64,000 nt of DNA, from NCBI RefSeq assembly GCF_052425735.1, contig NC_135758.1, forward strand, positions 10,230,001-10,294,000, read 5' to 3'. Numbering within the stretch: the stretch's first letter is position 1; each line of letters opens with the position of its first letter. The notes below the pieces were generated by a model, which saw only the letters and a list, made by a program, of their open reading frames with translations, searched no databases and was not told the DNA's origin. A program made the translations under genes and the position numbers. The DNA is from Oculina patagonica (Eukaryota). Of the stretch, positions 38,576 through 51,600 are shown in pieces.

Positions 38576-40067
38576 ATGGACGGAGGTTACGAAAACGACG
38601 AGTTAGGAGATGGTCCCGAAGCGAACTGGTCGCTTATTCCCTCTGCAAGGTGATTTTATTTATAGTTCTTAGTAGTTGAAACTGCAGTTTATAAATATAC
38701 AGGAAGATCTGTGTTAAATTTCTAAAAGAAAGAGTTCAGGCTAATATCATATACGGAACGTTGCTTTTCTCAGGAGTTCACAAACTGTCAGAAGGCAGGA
38801 AAAGGCATTGGACATTGACACCATAAAAGAAAGTTTACTTTGGAAATCCGCTGGCGATCACGATCTGAACGGGTATATGAAAACAATAAGCTTAATATGC
38901 ATAATAAAATTTTACCCATATTCTTGGCAACATCGAAAAATCTATTACTTATATGATATCTAGGTACCTGCTTAGCTCTGATAGTAGGTTTACTTTCAGC
39001 TTTAATCTAAAGTTAAATGAAAAATTTTACTAAACAAATTTCAGCTTAAGCATCCAAAGCCTTTATTGTCTTTGATTGTTCTTTGACCCTTGTGTATATT
39101 TTCTTGCCAGGGAATGTACAAGAAGTGGACATGAGCTGCCAGTTGGGGTAAGATACATATAACTGACCCTTTAAAGAAATTTATGATACTATCTATTTGA
39201 CAGTGATTTTAACCAGTTTTTGCCAGCAATTTAGCACTCCTGCCTTATTACTAGTTTCAGCTCATACTGGACAAACACGAAGGCTTTCTTTAGAACTGAG
39301 TCTGCCAATCTACCAACTCAGGCCTTATTATTTTGTGAAGTTGCTATGAAAATGATATACTCTTTTTGGAGGCAGAGGGTTTTTTTTTCGGGAGGAGGGG
39401 GGGGGGGGGGGGGGGTAGGGGGCACTTTTCCAGCAGTCTATGTTTAGAAATACTGGTATCAAAGGTTCATTACTAGACTGCTGGCAGGATCCCAGCTTGA
39501 AAATTATGTTATCTATCACTTGAAGCAAAAACCCTTCATGATGACTCAAACAAACACTACATTATTATCTTATGCTTTAGGTTTTCAGTAAGATTGTGGC
39601 AAGAACTTCGTCTGAGCAGTATGACCAAGAAAAGCAAATTACTGCTGTTCCTTCAAAGGGGCGTCTTCCGCATCCTTCACAACTGAGGAAAAGAAAGCGA
39701 AAACGTAACAAAACTATGTGCACTTCAAGTCGCAGTCACCATGGTTTTGATGTGACAGCTCATGTGGCACAGCTAAAAAGAAAACAAGCGGAATTTAATT
39801 GGTAAAAAAGTTAACACATCTTTTAATTTATTGTTTATTCATGTTTTATTGTCTATTCAATGTGGTTTTCCAGTACATAATTATCAAAGATAACAAATTA
39901 TACACAGTTGTTAAATACATTGGAACAAACTCATATTTCCCTTTGTTCTATTTTCATTATCATTATTTTATTACCAGATACCAGAACGAAGGGAAATACT
40001 GGCCAAATTGTATCAAGGGTAAAATTGAGCCACAACACACATTAACGAGTATGGTGTTAAAAAATTT

Positions 40068-40129
<62 letters not shown>

Positions 40130-40959
40130 ATTCTAATTAATAAGTTGACACTGGCTAAAAATATTGTTTTTGGACGTTTCGGCCACTACTGTTGCCTTCT
40201 TCAGCAAGATAAAAATGCAAATGTTCAACGGCGTCCTGTTAAAATATGTAACAAATGTGTGATAACAGTGGAAACAGGGTTGCATTTGATTTATCAAGCA
40301 TTTGTTACATATTTTAACAGGACGCCGTTTTTTTGAGTATGGTGTTAATTTTTGTCAAAGAGGCATTCCATACCATCTATACAAAGGGTGAATATAGTGA
40401 GTAGTGACTGTTAACTTAAATGTACCGTAGTTTACATGACTGTGGAGGGGGACAGAGGGGTGGGAGCCCAGGAGAAAAAGGGGTCAGAACCAGGAGAAGG
40501 GAGGGCGGGAAGCAGGATTTCTAAGGTGACAGGAACCAAGAGAAAACGAGTAAAATTTCGCATTTCTCTAGATATCGGACAAAGAGGAGAGAATGGCTAC
40601 AAGAAGAAGCAGGAGTAAAAGGCACAGGAGGTGGGAGGTTCAGACTCCCCTGCCCCCTCCACATGAGTCAAACAGCTATGTTGGATTGCATTTTCCCTTT
40701 CTTTGAATGGTATTTATTTTATTTTATTTTTACTATTCTGGAAAGGCTTCCTACCAGTATGACACCCTCATCATGTTCACTTGATGAAGAGCCATTTCCT
40801 CCAGACAGCACTGGACCACAGTGTGTCCCCAGCACCCCTACTCTAGGGAATGAAACCTTCGAGTTACAGAGTGGGAACATATTGGACTCATGGCAGCTAC
40901 CAACATCACACAACAGTGGAAACAGGGTTGTATTCGATTTATTCAACACTTTCCATCAG
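38576..40959 (+). CDS. INCA1-like protein; exons 38576-38649, 38774-38872, 39111-39147, 39581-39801, 40746-40959; terminal exon uncertain (probably within ~44790-44934)
   Basis: Phase-compatible GT-AG exons. The motifs WSLIPSARSSQTVRR, LPHPSQLRKRKRKR and VTAHVAQLKRKQAEFN parallel human INCA1 motifs as recalled. Confidence 0.65.
40061..40334 (-). mobile_element. Short Penelope-like insertion with hammerhead-like motif and hairpin
   Basis: 14-bp flanking duplication gagtatggtgttaa (40047-40060, 40335-40348). Minus-strand CTGAAGA-A-GGC...GCC-GAAAC-GTC at 40173-40204. Hairpin at 40226-40329. Confidence 0.65.
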
Positions 40960-42061
40960 GTAAGTAATCACCGACTGCACCTTTCAACTGTAACCCTTTA
41001 AGTTAAGACCATTTTAGTGGCCATGGAAAGCGTGAGCTTAACTTAGCGACTAAATTTTTCACTGAGGACCAAACTTGAGGAATCGATGGCCAAATGGCCA
41101 CTAAGGAAAAATATAAACTTGGAGGGTTAAACAGATAACACAAACTCTGAAATTCAAGGCGAAAATTATGCTTGCATTTTGCGCTGCCCTCAAACATAAT
41201 GATGGCAACAGGCCAACCAACCTTGAAAAACAAAAACAAACAAAATGGAAAACTGACAGGCATGACCTTTTGAAATGGCAGAAGCGAGCTTTTGTTTCCT
41301 AAGAGGTCCTCTTAGATGATTGAAATGAAGGCTGCTAAAACATAACCATTGACTTGAGCAGAGTCTGTGCATTACTGAAAGGCACAAGCAGTAACTAAAC
41401 AATACATCTATTTTATGCAAATTAAAGTGATGCTATTCATATCTCATGAGGAGCACCCAGAACTAAAACCAGTAGGTATCTGCTCTAGCATTGTCAGAGA
41501 CAGACTTCACGCTTATTTTGTGAAGTTTAATATCGGTGCTTATATGACAAAACTGCCTTGATCATCATGGGTCCATTGCAGCCAATTCTGACCAGACTTC
41601 CTGTCAACTTTTTGAGATGGATGGCTTCCGACCACTCTCTTTCAAATTCACACCATTGCCTCCACTATTATGTTCACAGTCTAAAAGAATTAAAAACATT
41701 GATTAATTATTTCTTTTTTATCGCAAACTTAGAAAACTCAGTTAAACTATAAAAATTTTGATTGCTGCACATCTAAAAAATGAAAAACTTTTAATTGTAC
41801 AAGTCAATATAATGTAAAAAATTGCATGTACCAAAAGGCTTTTGGTACCGGTAACAAGAAATTAAATTAGCAATTTTGATATATTTATAGTAGATAAACA
41901 ATGTAGAGCCTTATGACCAGTACATTTTTTGTGATCCACTCTTCCGTTTAATTTTACAGCCACCACAACTATCTGGGCAGTTTAGTATACCTTCATATGC
42001 TGTTGCCAGGCGGGAAAGGTCACAGGAAGAATTCCAGGGTGAAGAATTTCATGCAATATCC

Positions 42062-44292
42062 TTTTTACCGAATGGTAATGAGGTTATGTTATGGGCCGCA
42101 TTTTCTCACTCGAACACTCACTCACTCACTCAATCACTCACTGGATTCTGATATCAAACCGCAATTAATTCATCATTAAACGAGAAACGTGCTGACAGAA
42201 GGGTCCTTTAAACGCATTCAGCACATGTCAATCAGAAACAAATTATTCTTCAACCTCGTTCCAGGGTCTCTCTCTTTCAGGGAACTAAATTGAATTTCAC
42301 AAAACAAATCGAAAGAGGATCACTTACACTTATCCTCTGGTGACAAAGGAGAATAGAATTCGCTCAACGAAGCCTCAGAGCATAGGCTATCAATGACCCA
42401 TTCATGTAAGAAAACATTCAAAGAAGCGTTTTAGTGAACACAACATTCATGCACGTTTTTGTTTCGCGTCACATCATCTTCGTGTCACGTCATCCGTTCT
42501 TGATCTTTTTGAGCCGTGCAGAAACGCGCATCTTCCTCTCAAATTTTATCCGCTGCTAAAAAAAAGTAAACATATTCACAAAACAAATTTACTTAATGCT
42601 AAAAAGATTCAAAGGTTACACTTAAATATTTTTGTGATAAAATACGGAATTGGCACTATGAACTACATATAGTTACGCTTAAACTGTTATAAAAAATTAT
42701 TACGCTCGCCTTGTGACGTGTTTTAGCCAACACAACATCCACGGCACGTTTTTGTTTCGCGTCACCTCGTGTCACGTCATCCGTTTTTTTCGACTTTTTT
42801 GCTTGTTTACAAGCGAAAGTAGGAGAATAACAGTTATGTTAGGGAAAATTTCACATTCTTGTAAACTCTCAAAGGATTCTTTTTAATTTCTCAAGGGACT
42901 GTTTTAATTTCTCAAGGGATTACTTTCAGCTGTGGGTGATCACTTGCGATCTCGTGGAAAAAAAACGTGACTTGTCACATTTACAAACGTTATATAACAA
43001 TTTAAAAAGTGACATGTCAGCTTTCTTATCTCAACGCACGTCGCACAAACAATGGATTGCGTAACTAAAACACGAATAAATAATCACTAGCACTTACATC
43101 GTTTAAAAAGTTACAAACGTCAAAAATAAACCATACCAAAAAAACTCGCTCTTTTCAAAGATATTTTTTAAGTTAAAACAAATGCAAGAGATGGGGGCTT
43201 CTTTTAGCTTAGGAGCGGTTAAAAATTAGGCCAAATTTGGTCGCTACAAGCGCCATTCTATTTCGTCATCAGCCTAGGTCGTTAGAGGCGTGACCTCTCG
43301 TTGACAGCAATGTTGCATGAATCGGCTTTACAACATGCGATCGTATCGACGCAGTTCGAGTGGAATTTCAGTCAAAGGCAGCAAAATTTTTTCGTATTTC
43401 ATCTTCAAATATAATTCGAAAGCATTCACTGTATATATGGCTTTTGTTTAATCCTTCTTAAGCCCACGAAGAAGCTGTCTTGATATCCGACCCTCGCAGA
43501 GCCTATACAAAACGCAGCTTAAATGTATTAATTTGTTTACGCCGCAATAATATGCGCAATGTTTTCTCCGACAGTAGTCGGAAATATCCGTATTTTTTTC
43601 GTGCTTTTTCGTCGCAAAAACAAAGCGTCAAACGCATATTTTGTTGTTTCATTTGCTAATTTCGCTGCCGTAATCAACTGCCTCGAAAGGTCCTTGCAAT
43701 GTTAAAGTATAGAATTGTCAGATCTCGGTGAAATTTGCACTGTTTATTTGTGTAATGTTGAGGAATATGTGTATAAATACCCGGCACGGACGAGCCATTT
43801 TTGACAAAATTATATGGCTGCATTTCCTCCGCGAAGATAGGAAATTGTTAAACTAAACTACAAAGCAACTGTAATGATAAGTTTGAAGAACAATGCACAG
43901 GATAAACCTTCGACTCATACGTCATGCAAAAAAGTCGGTATCTCGAAGAGACTTTGATTCATCGTTTTGAGTCGAGCAGATACACAAAGTGTTCGGGCGT
44001 ATCTTTTCTCTCAATTTTTTTCCGCTGCTCAAAAATAACGCTATACGTGCTGACAGAAAAGTAAACATATTCACAAAACAAATTTACTTAATGCTTAAAA
44101 GGATCAAAGGTAATACAATAACCAGTAAATATTTTGGTTGTGAAAACTGAATAGCGCTACGACCCCTGCGAGCACGAGCCATCAATGACGCAACTCACGT
44201 GGAAAAATAAAGCAAAGTGAGATTGCTTTACGTTACTGGACACTTATAGAAAAAATGCGGAGGTCGGCACTTCATTCATAGAATTACCATGA
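42062..44292 (+). mobile_element. Helentron-associated (DINE/HINE-like) non-autonomous element
   Basis: T-rich start, subterminal inverted ccgcatttt (42096) / aaaatgcgg (44252) and atggtaat / attaccat, a (ctca)n microsatellite just after the 5' repeat, and internal duplications. Confidence 0.55.
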
Positions 44293-45432
44293 GGTTGCTC
44301 GAAGAGCCTTTGATTAACTGATGATAATTATATTACATACCCCTGCCATAATAAAATTTGATTGTTTCAAATTGTTTTTTAACCTGCTCAACCCTTTGCT
44401 ATAGTGTTAGGTAAAGGACCTAGTGATTTACTGGTTAATCATTTAACAATAATGTAACTGTCATCCTTTTCGCTCCTTTTAGTAGAGCATTAATAAGGCT
44501 GCAAGTTACAAGTCATAGTTTTGTTTATTTCCTGGGCTTTGTTTCGCCTCTTAAAGTCAAAGACAGTGTTTTATAAGTAAACAATTATAGCTTTTTGCAT
44601 TAAAGTCTTACTAGTTGTTTCAGTTAATCCTTTTAGCACAATTGTCGTTGTCATCATCATCACAACTGGCAAAATTATTGTCATCGTCATTATCACTATG
44701 AATCAATTTTACTGACCAGTCAGTACAAGTTAGCAAAACTATTACATGTAAAATTATGAAATACTCCTTAACTTTGGGTACAATCTCCACAGTACCAGAA
44801 GTTTGCCTGCCTTTGACAGGTTCGATTCAAGAAATGAACAGCCAAGTTTTACAGCATGGCTTAATCAACAGCACTCTCCATTTTCACCTGAAAATCCATT
44901 TTATCCAATCACAAATCCTCTTAAAGAGGAATGAAGTCATGTGACAAGGAAGTGACATTTTCAGTGTACATGTACATGTACAGTACTCACTCGTACATTT
45001 TGAACTACGATTTTGTAGAGAAGACAGTTTCATTGCATGTAATGAATTATTTTACAAGACTTACGTGTATAAACATGGTTTCCACAGACAGACTGAGCCC
45101 AATAAATCAAAGTTCTTTTTACGTCTCTGTTATTGTTACTAATAAACAAGGCCTTACTGTAACATGAGGTCATGAACTTTTTTTAAGGTGCATAATACTA
45201 TTAAAAGAAAAGTACTGTCAGATTGATCAAAGCCAGAGCTACTGAGGTCTACTGACTCATTTATGTACCTTTATCACCCCGATTATGCTATTCTCGGGCA
45301 ATAGTTAGTAAATAAACCCCTTCAGGCGGTTGGTATATAATATTTGGAGGATAATGCCAGAGGCTGAAAGATTGTCGAAAAATGAACAGTTGGCCGAGAA
45401 GCGAAGCTTCAAGGGCAACTGTGAAATTTTGA

Positions 45433-45463
<31 letters not shown>

Positions 45464-46013
45464 CAATATACCAGTAAGCCAGAAAGGGGTTTATTTATTT
45501 TATAATCCTCCGATTAATTATAACAATGCGCTTTATTGCCAGTAAATTTATAGGAAAAAACCTACATAATAAACCCGGCGTAACTGTAGTTGAAACAAAT
45601 GTAAGTTGATTGTTTACATGATTTTTTTTTAACTCTGTGATTTCATGAAAAGTTAGAATTGAATAAGGAGACTTCATTCGTTTGTTTTGTGCTTTCCTAC
45701 AAAATCGGGCAACGGATATCAAATCGGACGGGGTATATTCAATGATACCCGTCGTCCGATTTTGTACCATGTGATGCGTTTTGTCCAATGAGCGCACACG
45801 AAAATTAATCGGTGGATTATAATTTTAAATATCAGAGCCCCAGAATTCTCCTTATTCGCTCTTTTCACGATCCCATAATGCATCTTGTTTACCCCCCAAA
45901 ATTTTTGCATAAGCATTAATATTTGTTTCCAATGATTGTACGTCATTGTGAATCCCAAGAGAAATTGAAAACAATACTTATGCAAAAATTTTGGGGGGTT
46001 AACAAGGTTTATT

Positions 46014-48251
46014 AGGGACCTTAGCACCGACGCCGAGGACGTGGACGAGACTTGTTTGACCGAGTGGGTCTGGGACGGACCGAACGGCGGGATAACATTA
46101 GCAGACCGCGCCGGCTACGAGGAGAGTGATCCCAGTGAAGTCCAAGAGAAAATGATGTCCTCAAATTCGTGATGCTCATACTTCTCTACGCCGACAACAT
46201 TGTTTCAGATGAAGAGTTTTATTGCTTTACGATACCTCAGTTCAAAAAATCCAGATTTCCCCAGGAAACTACGAACGACGATGACTGAACTCCGCCGAGC
46301 AAAGAGAGTTTCGTGTGAGAAGCGACCTTCCTCGCCTATTGCAGCACTCCAACTACCACCAGAATGCGAGGAGGAGATGCGATGACATAGAAGCCTTATG
46401 CTTCTCAAACGAGTTGCCTATCCATGCCGACTCAGTGATATGATTCCGCGCTGGCCACCGTCTTATAAGTGATCACTAAGATGGAATGACGTTCACGGAC
46501 ACCTCATAACCCAAGGAATGAGAACTGGACAGAGATGCCAGGAAAGGCGCCCGAATTTTCGCGATGGGACAGTACGACCCACAAGACCGAGAAACAAAGA
46601 GTAGTATGGAGGGTCCCGCCCTATTCTCCTGTCCCTACCATGAAGAAGATGACAGTGATTATTCAGTAGACTAAACACAACGACACAAAATAAAATAGGA
46701 ATTTTTTTTTAGCTCTACACTCCCAACTTTTCATTCTCACCTTTTTTTTATAGAGACGCCGGGATTGAGATGACTAGCTGACCTCAAAGTAGCCTCTCCA
46801 GTAGGCCAACCAGTGATATATGGAGATGCCTACCCTCTCCGGCTCTCACCGGTCCCCACGCGAGAACGAAGGAGGCGAAAATGAATGGCGTATAACTCTC
46901 ATTGACTAAAAAAAGAAGATCGGAAGGTAAAATGTACCACTGCCATAAAGCGTACCACCAGCGACTACGGAGCCCCCGCCTGAGAACCAAAAAAAAATAG
47001 GAATGATAAGAAAAATGTAATGGGGAGAAGAAGTAGGGAGGGGAACAGGAAAATAAAAATCCCAACATATCTGATCCCAACATATATGATACAGCATATT
47101 TTCCTGGACAACAATACATGTTAGGGCAAAACATGAGAGTAGGAGGGACATGCAGGAACAAATAAAACATCCCAACAACCCCCCCCCCTCTACAAAGAAT
47201 GGTCCTTTAACCCTATTAGCTTGGAGAGGGGTGGAAACCCCACCCAAAGTACCCCACCCCCTCTAAAAAATAGAAAAAAATAAGGAAGGGATCATTCAGG
47301 GGTGGATAGGGGAGGGTTGCTACCCACCCCCGAAACAGAAAAAAAACATAAAAGACAAGACAGATATGATCGATCCAAAAAAAAAACACAAAAATATAAA
47401 TTTCAACCCAAAGGAAAACATTGTGCCATGAAAATCACATGTTACACTTAAAATTGTAACAAAACATGAATTAAATTACTTCATTCTTACTCAGCACCCC
47501 AGGGGAAGGGTCACCTAGGTTTCTAACTTCCATACTCTAATTAAATAAAAAGACCATAAATAAAATGTTACCACAACATAGTTCCAAAAGGTGTGCAAAT
47601 GTTTTCTAAACAGCTCTTGCCTTCCCAGAGGACTGGCAGGACTCTCCAGTAACCCATGAGTACCTGGCGTGCGCTCAAAAAGCAGGAATTTGCATCTGCT
47701 GTTCCTGTCTCTGCTGCTGTCAGTGACCTACATCCTGTTTTGCTCGCAGTTGTGAGCTCTTTTTTTTTTTCTTTTTTTTCTTCTTTATTTTTCTCATACT
47801 TTAGAGTAGTGGTGGAGTAGAGTGAAGATTCTTTTTGTTTGCCCCAGGCGTCATGGTCTCCCCGCGAGGCGTCATTATCTCGTAGAGTTGATTTCTCAGT
47901 TATGGCCTCTCTCAGCTTCTCCTCCTTTCTCATCTTTTTTTTTTTGATAGAGTGAGTCTTGAAGAAGTCTATTGGTCCCCCAGACCTCTTTTGTTGGGGA
48001 AAGGATTGTGAAGGCGAAGAAGTAGTCGGGGAGAGAAGGAGAAATATGAGGCCGAGGGGGGAAGCGGGAGAAATGCCTTTTCGTCATGTCAGGAGCTCAG
48101 CTAGGTGAAAGGGCTTTAGTGCCGTAGGCTTCAACACTGTCGGGGGCACGACGTCGAGGGGACGAGCCGAGGGTGCGTAGTAGCATCAAAGTTCTTTTCT
48201 CACTTCCGGTCGGTGACGTTCACGTCCTCGGCGTCGGTGCTAAAGGTCCCT
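46014..48251. mobile_element. Degenerate PIF/Harbinger-like element with remnants of two convergent genes, nested in a MITE (~45854-48279)
   Basis: ~35-bp TIRs AGGGACCTT(T)AGCACCGACGCCGAGGACGTG and ATT TSD. Frameshifted remnants YADNIVSDEE, SSKNPDFP and LLKRVAYPCRLSDMIPR on +, and KKKMRKEEK on -. Confidence 0.75.
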
Positions 48252-48639
48252 ATTATGGGAACGGTGAAAACAGCGAATTCCCAAAAGGGACATTTTTACA
48301 GGCCGGGAAAATTAAATATAACTTCCTTTCTCACACCACCGAAATACAACAAAGGGACAAAAATAATCCCAAAACTCCTCGAAAAATAGTCGGACTCACC
48401 ATTATGAGTCTTAAAGTCCTCTTCAACGACCGATTACAACTGAAACGGAAGTAGGCCTAACGCGGCCGCCATCTTGTGCTTCGTAGCCGAGCCTCGGCAG
48501 AACGCTTTTACTCTCGGGGGCGGGGTAAAGTCTAGGAGACCCAGGGGCAGTAACCGGAAGTGCAGCGAGAAATGACGTCAGCTATGGTACTCATGCATCT
48601 TTGCATGCAAATGATGGATAAATTTCTGGCAAATTTAAC

Positions 48640-51600
48640 ATGTCTGAAGGCGAAGCAATATCCTACGCTTCAGTTCGGGAGTTTTTAGCAAGAAACAATG
48701 GCAAAGTGAAAAGTATAGATTTAGTGTATCACTTCAGACAACAACTAAGCCATCCAGTCAACAGAAGTAAGTGTAAAAATTTTGTTGTTAGTTGTTGAAC
48801 ATACTTATTGAGAAAATATTTAAAGACGAAATGATACTTTCTTTTAGAGATCGTGCGCGGAAAATTTAAAGAAATTGTGCACACTATTGCCACAGTTCAA
48901 ACCATCGATGTAAGTATGCGATCAAAGTTTTTTTTTGTACCATACACTTTTGTATAAGAATATTGTCTTTCAGGCCCAGGCAGACTGAATATTCTTAATT
49001 TTCTTCTGATTTTAGTAGGCTGAAATATTCTTGTGAATATTCTTAGATTCTAACATATAGCACTTCCGCTTTAGAATGTATATTATTGGGGTCGATTACG
49101 AGTTACAAGTGAATAACCTCTTGCAGAAATGTTATAAGAGCGTCGATCAAAACGTACGGCTAGTGCTGCCTTTGTTGCTTTTTAGCTAGTTTTGTAGATA
49201 GTCAATTCATCTCCAGCTAACCACAGCTTTTGTGACCCTTTTAAAGTATTCTCGGTTCGCGTGCTGCGTAATGTAACGCCTGCCGTGACAAAGTCACACA
49301 ATGAGTAAATAAGAGATAGGAAAATTAACTAGTCGAAGAAGTTTGAGAACACGAAACAACTTTAGGATATAAAGGAATAATTAACTTCTGATTTTTTAAT
49401 GCGCAAAATAAATCTTGACGAACAACTAAAGCGGAAGATTTGTAGCAAAACGTGACATCCCTGACATAACCAGATAACTAGTCAGTGTTTCGTATTTCCG
49501 GTATTTACAATGAGCGCGCGAGTGACGTCACGACGCAGACAAGACTCAGACAAACAAACCGAAATGGCGGACGATTTTCCTAAAACACTTTCTAAAGCAG
49601 CCGGTATTCCTAAAACACTTTTATAAAACGAAAACTTCGCCTAGATTCCTTCTATTTCTTCAGAACACGCTGACGTTTTTTGAGCCTTGTGGCGGTAATA
49701 ATCATTTGCATTCTATTTTTAGGCCTCGCGCGCTTCGCTATTCGCTCCCGGAGCTTCAATCCCCGGGGGGTACTCCCTATAATAGCCTATACGAGGAGGC
49801 TCCGCCCCAAAGGGGTACCTTTTTCAGGCTTCAGGTATATAAAAGGGTAGGGATTTCACAAGTTTAGGTATATGAAAGGGAAGGAAATTTTGTCATTAAG
49901 ATATTTAAAAAAGCCTTAAAATTAAATATTTCGAATAGACGCAACTTATGGCTTTATCGTCTTAATTTATTAGGCGTCCTGTTTAAAGTATATTTTGTGC
50001 CGTGTTTTTTTTTTTCTATAAAAGGTATACGGAAGGGGTGCTTTTTCTGTCAAAATGGTATATAAAAGGGTAAGGGGTTGGACATCGGGGCGGGGCCTCC
50101 GCGTATAAAACTTTTTTGAGTGCAACCCCCCCCCCCCGCCCCCCGGGCTTCAATCTCTAAAAATCGATCCTCACTACAGCGAACTAATCGACTAAAATAG
50201 GAACTTATTGAGGGGGACTTATGTCGCAGCGACTTTTAGCATGGACAAAAACACACTCTTTTTATTTTACAAGAATCTAGTTTATAAGAATATCGAGGCT
50301 TAAATTTGCGAATTTTTAAGAATATTTTAAGAATAAACCCGAGGCTGAGACTTTGAAAAGAATATAGTTTTTAGTTGAAACAAAATCAGGTATTTTCATT
50401 TCCGTCACTTTATCTCTGTGAGGAAAGCTTTGTTTAAAGCCAACAACGAAAAGTAAATAAATGGTACATGTGCACAATGTAACACGATACAGATCTGCAT
50501 ACCAAACACTTGTAATTGATTACCCAATACTTGCTAAAACGGAAATGTCAAACGGTATTTTCTAAGAATGTTCATAAGAATATTTCTTTGCTTATGAATG
50601 CGTATGGCTCACAGTCATGTCTTTTACAGTAAGACTGCGGGACAGGACAAAGACTGGACATTCCATTCGCTTTTTGCTCAAAACACCTGATTAATTTTAA
50701 TATATTTTATACATACTTAGTTACATTGTACTTAATTACTTATTGCTTGTCCGTATTTTACTTTCATCTTCTTTTTTTAGTCATGAACACTCAGCTCGTG
50801 TAGTTTATTTCTATTCTGGGTAGTTTTTTTGCCTATTTTTGTTAATTTAGTTTATGCTATTATATTTCTATTTATTTTGGCAAAATAAAATGTTGTTGTT
50901 GTTATTGTTAAAAATAAGCGTCAGAACATTTCTTGTAACTTTTATAACTGCAACCAGAAGCGTATCACCTGCAGCAACTCATAGATTGTAAGTTTTTCAA
51001 TAGTCTGTGACCCCGGTAGGAAGCGTTTGTCGTTTATGGTTCAATTCAACTTAATAGAATTGTGGCAAATGGACCGATAATTTTTATTTAAATAGTAATT
51101 TAAGAAGAAAACAGTACCAGTTAATGTTTGAACCAAAAATTGTTTATATGAGTTAAATACGAGTGTTTACATTCTCCTTTGCTCTGCTTGTGTAAATGCG
51201 CAAGCTTGCATTCACGTACGTAAAAAAATGTTTTTATACCACTCGCGTAAGCTAGAGCGTTTGTCTTTGAGACATTATTGTCATTATGCAAAACTGAAAC
51301 TTTCGACTATTTTAACCAACATACTTTTCTTCATTTTTGTCAATAAAATGTCAGTGCAACGCAGCAGTTTTTTCTCGTCACACCTGTTGACTGGTTCATG
51401 TCTGACTCATCCCCAGTCGTCTCTTACGCGAAAATTGCAAGACGCGACGGATGATGGGAAGAAATAGAGGCCTCTTCCTTCTCGTGATTCCCTCCTAGAC
51501 TCACAACGGACTCCAGAGACTACTGGGGACGAGGCAGGGTTCATGGATAGTAGAACAATAGAAGCCATGATTGCATCGATAGAAGGCCCACGGAGGTTTA

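Noticed and set aside
40070-40130. T40-A21 run as a functional hairpin or poly-Phe/Lys ORF
   Set aside because: It is a homopolymer at an insertion edge with unreliable length, probably degraded or mis-called AT-rich repeat.
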